Below are positions 1 to 9,000 of a DNA stretch of 64,000 nt, one piece after another. Origin of the DNA: a virus (Duplodnaviria > Caudoviricetes); the IMG/VR virus record IMGVR_UViG_3300017766_002535, positions 1,580 to 65,579 of that record. One strand, given 5' to 3'. A program made the position numbers and the translations under genes. The notes beneath the pieces are model-generated. The model did not search any database. It was not told the DNA's origin and saw nothing but the letters and a program-made list of their open reading frames with translations. Numbering within the stretch: the stretch's first letter is position 1; the number at the start of each line of letters is the position of its first letter.

Positions 1-1
1 G

Positions 2-3000
2 GCGCAGCGCCGCACCGACCAGGGCCTCAAGCCGAAGGTGGCGCAGAAGCCTGCCGATATCGGCCTGTTCGGCGACGAGATGGATCAGGCGGACTTGCTC
101 GATCGCGTTGAGCGGGCATCAGCCAACGTCGAAGCAATCGAGGCGGCGCTTGGTGACGACGCGGACAAGGTGGCGTTCGTCGACATCGCCCGCGCTGGCG
201 AGATCATGGCCGACAACCCCGGCATGGACCCAGCGACGGCGTTCAGTCAGGCCGTCGCCATAGGCGGCGTCGAGCAGGGATTCATCACCGAACAGGAAGC
301 GGAGGCGGCCTATGGCCCCGAGATCAACGACGCGCTGGAAGCCGAGCGCGAGAGGGCATCTCAAAGCGGCGAAGACGCTCTCGGCGAAGTCGCTGAAACC
401 AGCGAAGCCGGCGGCCGTGATGCAGCGCAAACTGGCGAGCTTCCGGGCAGCAGCGAAGATGGCGGCCAAGCCGCCGTCGATGACGTCGGAGCCGATGCCG
501 TCGCATCTGGCACCGCCGAGCAACCTGCCGCCGGCCGGGGTGAAGCCGCTGGGGATCGAGCCGGCGACGCCGTTGGTGACCAGCCAGCCGCCGAAACTGC
601 CGACGACGCCGAGTTAGCGCGCCGGTCTGCCGTTGCCGCGGCGTCCGACAACGTAAGCTATGGCCAGGGACCCCATTTTGCGGCAGGCGCCAGCGCGTTC
701 AAGGCCGGCGAGCCGCGCGAGCTGCCCGGCTACTTCACCAAACCGAAGCACAAGAACGCCAAGGATTGGTTCCGTGGTTACGACCGTGCGATGGCTGATG
801 CTCGCGACGCCCCGACCTGGGCCGAGATTCTCGCCACCCTGCCGATGAGCCCGGATGGCAGGACCCGCCAGTTCGAGATCGCGTTCGGCCTGATGACCGA
901 GATGACCGGCCTGCGCCAGCCGTCCTACAACGACCTGACCCCGGGCCAAAAGCACGAATTGATGAGCCGCCTTGTTCCGGCGGCAAAAGAGCCTATTATC
1001 CAGGCAGAGGACAACGCCGATGGAGTTCAAGCTCCCGTATATGCAGGCGATGCGCCAGCAAGCCCCGAAGATGTTCAACCGGCTGAGTCGGTCGGGCGAG
1101 CTGGAGGCGTTCGTGGATCAGAAGGCGACGGAAGCCAGCGCGATGTTCCACGAGCTGACGGCGAACGCGCCGAAGACGCCGGGCGGGTATCCGAGGGAGC
1201 CCGAGGCGAGCTTGGCGATCGAGCAAGTGATGGCGGCGATGCTCGACTTTCCGAAGCACGAACAGTCGACGCGGCAGATGGACGAACGAAGCGCGCTGCT
1301 CGACCAACCGCAGACGTAGGCGACAACTTCGTCATCGAGCCCGGCGCGCTCGATGAAGGCCGCGGCCAGAAGGCTAAGGCTCGCGACAACATCAAAGCCA
1401 TCGCTGCGATGCAGCTGATCGAGATGGAAGGCCGCCCGGCGACCGCCGCCGAGCAGGCCGATCTCGCGCGCTATGTCGGCTGGGGCGGCATCAAGAACAT
1501 CTTCCCCGACGATCAGGGCGCCTACGGCGACGGCTTCCAAGAGCTTGGCCCGAAGCTGCGCGGGCTGCTGTCCGATGAGGAATACGCCACCGCCCGCCGC
1601 TCGATCCAGTACGCACACTATACCGCCGAGGATGTGGTGCGCGGCATGTGGGATGCCGTCGCCAAGATGGGCTTCACCGGCGGTCAGGTGTTCGAGCCCG
1701 GCATGGGCGTGGGCAATTTCGCCGGCATGATGCCGCAAGACATCGCGGCCAATAGCCACTACCAGGGCGTTGAACTCGATCACGTCACCGCGCGCATCGC
1801 GAAACTGCTCTATCCCAAGTACGGCGTGCGCCAGGACGATTTCACCAAGACCCGGTTGCCCGAGAACAGCTACGACCTCGTGATCGGCAACCCGCCGTTC
1901 GCCGACGTCGCGATCAAGAGCGATCCGAAGTACAAGCAGGGCTTCCTGCTCCACGACTATTTCTTTGCGAAGTCGCTCGATGCCGTCCGACCGGGTGGCC
2001 TGCTGGCGTTTGTCACCAGCGCCGGCACCATGAACAAGATGGACCCGAGCGCGCGGGAATACCTCGCCGACCGGGCGGACCTCGTTGGCGCGATCCGCCT
2101 GCCGGGCGATGCCTTCCTCAAGAACGCCGGAACGGCAGTCACCACCGACATCATTTTCTTGCGCAAGCGCCTGCCGGGCGACGTGGCTGGCGACCGCTCG
2201 TGGATCGAGACCACCCCGATCACGCTGCCCGGCAAAGAGGGCGACGTGCAGGGCAGCGTGAACAGCTATTTCGCTGGCAATCCGCGGATGGTGCTCGGCC
2301 GTCAGGACTTCAACGACCGGCTCTATCCCGGCCGTTATTCGGTCAAGTCGGTGCTCGGCTCCGACCTCAAGGCGGATCTGGCCGCGGCGATCGACAACCT
2401 GCCCGCCGACGTCATGTCGCCATGGCAGGACGTCAACACCGAGCAGCACCAGCACGATTTCGACACCGCCGAGAAGAAGGAAGGGACCTATTACGTCGGT
2501 CCCGACGGCTCGCTGCATCAGGTGACGAACGGTGTCGGCCAGAAGGTGGGCCAGCGCGGCAAGGGCGTCGAGAACGGCCGCACCGCCGCCGACATGGAGC
2601 GCATCAAGGCCCTGGTCCCCGTGCGCGATGCCCTGCGCGCGGTCTATGCTGCCGACCTCAAGGGCGACACCGCCAACGCCACGCGCGCCCGGCAGGCCCT
2701 CAACAAGACCTATGACGATTTCGTCAGCAAGTTCGGCCCGATCAACAAGGCCGTGCTGCAGACGCGCCGGCCGAACGTGATCCAGATGGAGGCCGCCCGC
2801 GCCGAGGCCCGCGAGGAGGCCCGCTACGCTGACGCCGTGTTCCGCGAAGGCGACTTCGACGCCACCGCATTGCTCGACGCCAAGACGCCGCTGTCCGTCA
2901 TCGCGCGCAAGCGCCAGGAGGCCCGCGACGAGGCCGCCAAGAAGGGGCTGACGTTCGACGAGGGCGATTTCGACCCGGATGAGGTGCCCGACGTCATCAT

Positions 3001-6000
3001 CGACAAGCGCCCGAACGTCGATCCGTTCATGGACGATCCCGAGAGCTACCGGCTCCGGGCCATCGAGCAGTACGACGAGGGCACCGGGACCGGCCACAAG
3101 TCGGATGTGTTTTTCAAGAACATCATCACCCGCGAGGTGGTGCCGAAGATCAATTCGGTCAACGACGGCCTGCTCTACAGCCTGAGCCAGTATGGCCGCG
3201 TCAACATCCCGGCGATTGCCGAGATGGTCAAGAAGACCGACGCCGAGGTTGTCGAGGCGCTGGGCGATCAGGTGTTCAAGGTGCCCGGCACCAAGGACGC
3301 CTTCCAGACCCGCGACGAATACCTCTCCGGCAACGTGCGCAAGAAGCTGGAACAGGCGCAGCGCGCGGCCGATCGCAACCCGGAGTTTCGCCGCAACGTC
3401 GCCGCCCTGGAAGCCAACCAGCCGACGCCGCTGGCTCCGTCGCAGATCCATGCCTCGCTCGGCATGCCGTGGATCCCGCCGGCAACCATCCAGCAGTTCG
3501 CCCGCGAAGAACTCGGCATCGACAACACCAAGGTTCGATACACCTCGGCGCTGGCGTCGTGGACGGTCTCCGGCGACACGGATTCCGTTGCCTCCCGCTC
3601 GACCTGGGGCACCGAGGACCGCCGCGCGCCCGCGCTGTTGCAGGACGCGCTCAACCGGCAGACCACCAAGATTTACGACACAGTGTTTGTCGACGGCAAA
3701 AAATCTCAGGTGCTCAACATCGCCAAGACGGAAGCCGCGAACGACAAGCTGACGCAGATGCGGGAGAAGTTCTCCGGATGGATCTGGACCGATCAAGCGC
3801 GCTCCGACACGCTGGCCGCCTATTACAACGAGAATTTCAACAATCTCGTGGTGCGGGAGTACAACGGTGACTATCTGACGACGCCGGGAATTGCCTCCGA
3901 TTGGTCATGGCGCCCGCATCAGAAGCGCGTCATTGCCCGCATCATCCAGTCCGGCAACACCTATGTCGCGCATGCCGTCGGCGCCGGCAAAACGTCCGAG
4001 TATATCGGCGCCATCATGGAAATGCGCCGGCTCGGCCTTGTGCGCAAGCCGATGGTCGCTGTGCCGAACCACATGCTCGCGCAGTTCACCCGGGAATGGT
4101 ATCACCAGTACCCGACCGCGCGCCTCGCCATCGCCGACGACAAGCGGTTCCACACCGACCGCCGCAAGCAGTTCATCGCCAACGTGGCGATGGAGGACCT
4201 CGACGCCATCATCATCACGCACTCGTCGTTCGGGATGATCCCGGTTTCGGATGAGTTTCAGAACAGCGTTGTTGAGCGGGAAATTGCCCAGTACCGCGAA
4301 GTGCTCGCCAGCCTCAAATCCGAGGGCGGCGACACCCGCATCACCCGGTCCCGCATCGAGAAGCAGATCGAGCGGCTTGAGCAGCGCCTTGTCAGCCGCA
4401 AGGGCCGCAAGGACGCGACGTTCACGTTCGAGGAGATGGGCGTAGACCACCTCACGATCGACGAGGCGCACCTGTTCCGCAAGCTGGACTTCTCCACCGC
4501 GATGTCGAACCTCAAGGGCGTCAGCCCCGAAGGCTCGCAGATGGCGTGGGACCTCTACGTCAAGTCGCTCTATCTCGACACGATCCGACCCGGCCGCGGG
4601 CTCGTGCTCGGCTCCGGCACGCCGATCACCAACACCATGGCCGAGCTTTATACTTTGAGCCGCTACCTGCAGCCCCAGGTGCTCGCCGAGCGCGGGCTGG
4701 AAAAGTTCGACGCATGGGCCGGCGCCTTCGGCGAATCGGTCTCCGAGCTGGAACAGGACCCGGCGGGTAATTACAAGCCGGTCTCGCGCTTTGCCAAGTT
4801 CGTCAACGTCGCCGAACTGTCCGCGATGGTGCGGCAGATCATGGATGTGGTGACGTCCAAGCAACTCGAACAGTATGTGACGCGTCCGCAGATCAAGGGC
4901 GGCAAGCGAACTCTGCATCTCGTTGAGAGGTCACCCGAGCAGCTGAGGTTCCAAGAAAAGCTCGCCGCTCGGATGAAGAAGATTGCCGAGCGCAAAGGCC
5001 CTCCACAAAAGGGCGACGACATTATTTTGAGCGTCATCGAGGACGGTAGACACTCGGCGATCGACATGCGGTTGGCTGGCGGCGACAAGAGTTCGTCACC
5101 ATCCAAACTCGACTACATGATCAATAGGGCATTCGAGATTTGGAAGGATACCAAAAATCAGAAGTTCTTCAAGGTAGCGAAGGGCGGCGGGTACGATACG
5201 AAACCAGCGATGAGCGGCCCCGCCACGCAACTGATCTTCAATAATCTTGGTATATCCGGCTCCCGTGGCCTTGCTGTGCCGGAGTACATCCGTGCCGAGA
5301 TGGTGCGGCGCGGTGTGCCAAAGAATGAAGTGGCGTTGATCTACGATTACAAGTCGGCGACCGCGAAGCAGCGCCTGTTCAACGACATGAACGAGGGCAA
5401 GGTCCGCATCCTGATCGGCTCCGTTGCCAAGATGGGCGTTGGCACCAATGTGCAAAAGCGCCTGTATGCGATCCACAACATGGACCCGCTATGGTACCCG
5501 GCAGACGATGAGCAGCGCAACGGTCGCGGCATCCGCCAGGGCAACATGAACCCTGAGATCGAGATCAACGACTACGCGACAAAGGGCACCTACGACTCCA
5601 CCATGTGGGGCATGATGGCGAAGAAGGGACGCTTTATCGAAGGGTTTTTCGAGGGCGACCCGTCGCTCCGCGACATGGAGGACCTGGGCGAGGCCAGCCA
5701 GTACGAGCTGGCAAAAGCCATGACCACCAACGACCCGCGCCTGATCCGCTTCACCGAGTTGAAGCAGGAGCTTGAGCGCGCCAACCGGCGCAAGTCGGCC
5801 TTCGACAGCGACGTCTACGCCACCCGGCAGAACCGCCAGCGGTCCAAGGCGCAGATCGAGCACTACACTCAGCGCGTCGAGGACACGAAGAAGGACATCA
5901 AGCAGCGCGTCGACACGCGCGGCGACGCCTTCTCCGGCAAGGTCGGCAAGGAGACCTTCGACAAGAGGGCTGATTTCGGCGTGGCGCTGTTCAATCGGTT

Positions 6001-9000
6001 GGGCACGCTGGAAGAAAGTGGCTCGCTGGCCGGCGGCGTCAAGGTTGCCACGGTCGGCGGTTTCGACATCTATGCGACGGTCAAAAAGTCGAACCTTATT
6101 AAAGATCAGACCAACGTCGACGTGTTCATGTCGCTGAACGGGAACGCGACCCGCGAGGTGAGCTACGAGACGTCATCGCTCGGCACCGTCCGCTCCATCG
6201 AACACATCCTGCACGGCTTCGAGACCGACCTTGCCGAGTATGAGGAACGGCTGGCGAAGGCCACCAAGTTCGTCAAGGATTCGGAAGCCAAGGCGAACGC
6301 CAAGTTCGAGGGGCAGGCCGACATCGACGCGCTGACCAAGCAGGTTGCCGACATGGCGGCCGATCTGGCGAAGCCGGTCGAGGAGACCGCCGCGCCGGTG
6401 GAGATGACCGAGGAGGGCGACGAGGAGCTTGCCTCGCTCTCGGATATGTCCGGCGTCACCTTGACGCCGCAGGCCGAGGAAATGTACGCGCGCATCCGCG
6501 ATATGCTGGCGTTCACCGTGCGCAAGATCGCGGGCGATGTCCCGTTGGATTTCCACATTGGGCTGATGCCGGTGGAGCCGCCGCCAGGGTATCCGGCTGG
6601 CATGAAAAACGAGGCCGGCGGCCAGTACAGCCTCGGCAGTTCGCTAATAAAGTTGGCGCTGACCACCGACGCCGACCAAATGGCAAAGTCGGCCTTCCAC
6701 GAGTCGTATCACCACATCGAAAACAAACTGCAGACTCCGCGCGAGCGGGAGTTGATGCAGTTGGAGACGCCCAGGCTGCGCCAGTACATCAAGGGGCGCA
6801 CCAAGCTGACCGACGCCATGATTGACGGGCTGGCTGGCTTCGAGGTGCGCGCCATTGCTTTCCAGACCTACGCTCACGATCGAGCAAACAAAAAGAAGGA
6901 TGCCGGCGCAGGCATCCACATCGGCGTGCGGCGTTGGTTTGATCGACTGCTCGATCTGCTCGATCGTATCCGGAACGGCCTGCGTGGGCTTGGCTTCCAG
7001 ACCTATAAGGACGTATTCAAGGATGCCTTCGAGGGCAAGTTCGCCGGGCGCGCCAAGCAGGAAGGCATCAACATCGATCCGAAGTCGGTCGCGGCGATGG
7101 ACGAGGCGACGAGCGGCGATACGCTGGCATCGCTCGCGGACATCTACAGCGCGGTCGACACCCGCATCCGCAGCAAGTTCGGCGAGCGCTTCACCGAGTT
7201 GCGCGTCAAGCTGCAGGACCGCTTCATCCGCGTCCGCAACGTGCAGGACTCCTTCGGCGGCGTGCCGCTGGCGCAGAACGCCTACATGGCTGAAACCCTG
7301 CTGCCGGGCCGCACCGGCTTCCGCCTTGAGGAGCTGGAGCGCACCAAGATCGAGCCGATGATTGCCGAGATGGAATCGCGTGGCGTCTCCCTGGAGGAAG
7401 TCAGCGATTATCTCTACGCCAAGCACGCGCCCGAGCGGAACGCGGCGATGGACGCGATCAACCATCCGAACCTTGACGGCACCGGCGGGCGGGATCTGCG
7501 CGGCAAGGGCTCCGGTATGTCGGATGAGGAGGCGGCCGAGATCATGGACCGGATCCGCAACGGCAACCGTCTGGCGGATTTTGAGGCCGTCGAGGCGATG
7601 GTGCGCGACATCCAGCAGGGCACGCTCGATACGCTGGTTGAATACGGTCTCATCAGCGAGGAGACGGCAGCAGCCTGGGCGTCGCAGTATGATCACTATG
7701 TCCCGCTGCAGGGCTTCGACGAGGCGTTCGAGGATGAAACCTTGGCCGGGCAGCGCGGAGCCGGCCTCGATACTCGCGCCAAGGAATCCAAGCGCGCGTT
7801 CGGCCGGTTGAGCAAAGCCGCCGGGCCGCTGCCCTACATCCTGATGCAGGCACAGCTGGCGATCGTGCGGGGCGAGAAGAACCGGGTAGGCAACACCTTC
7901 CTCCGGTTGGTGCGGGCGCATCCGAACCCGGCCCTGTGGTCGATCAACACGCCAAAGCTGGTTCCGACCATCGACCACAACACCGGCCTCGTGACGATGA
8001 TTGCCGACACGAACTGGCACAACGATCCCAACGTGTTCGTGACCAAGATCGGCGGCCAGATCAACGTCATCCGGCTCGAAGGCAAGGACGGCCAGAACAT
8101 CGCCCGTGCGCTCAAGAATATGGGCGTCGAGGAGCTTGGCTGGGTTCTCAGCTTCATCCGGCCGCTCACCGTGACGATGGCGCGGCTTTCGACGCAGTGG
8201 AATCCGAACTTCATCCTGCCGAACTTCGCCCGCGACCTCGGCGAAGCCTACATCAACATGCAGGCGCAGGAGCAGGCCGACTTCATCAAAAACTTCACCA
8301 AGCACCTGATCCCGGCGATTGGGGGCTCCTTCCAAGCCATGCGCGGCCAGGGCGGCGGGCGCTACGCTGACGCCTTCCGTGAATACGACAAGGCCGGCGG
8401 CCGTGTCCGCTTTTTCGGCCTCGACAATGCCGCCGACATGGAAAAGGCCATGCGCCGCCAGATGCGCGCGTTGCAGGGCGGACCCGTCGCCAACATTCAG
8501 GAGATGGGCAAGCAGATCGGCGATGCGCTCGACCTGATGAGCGGGCCGATGGAGAATGCGACCCGGTTGGCCGCTTACATGGCTGCGCGCGATGCCGGCA
8601 TGACCATCCCCGAGTCCGCAAACCTCGCTCTGAATATCACGGTCAACTTTGCCAAGGGCGGCGAGCTTCGGGCTGTGATGAACTCGCTCTATATGTTCTC
8701 CCAGGCTGCGCTGTCAGGCGCGCGGCGCAACATCCACGCCTTGAAGAACCCGCACGTTCGCCGCGCCACCTATGTCTTGGTCGGCATCGGCGCCCTCAGC
8801 GCCGTCCTCGGCTTCGGCGCCGGTGGCGACGACGAGGCCGGCGAGAGCTACTACGGCAAGATCCCGCATTGGGAGCGCGACAAGAACCTGATCATCATGT
8901 GGCCCAAGGGCTTCGGTCGCGATGGCGGATACATCAAGATCCCGACGCCGTTCCTGTTTGGCACCATGAAGGTGATCGGCGATCGGCTTGCCGGTTTGGC

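Noticed and set aside
1118-3796. 892-aa minus-strand ORF, and similar long antisense ORFs (3905-4918, 6644-8335, 41622-43748, 49677-50765, 56818-59655)
   Set aside because: They are shadow frames of strongly G/C3-biased plus-strand genes: no SD, Arg/Gly/Leu/Val-rich composition, no motifs.
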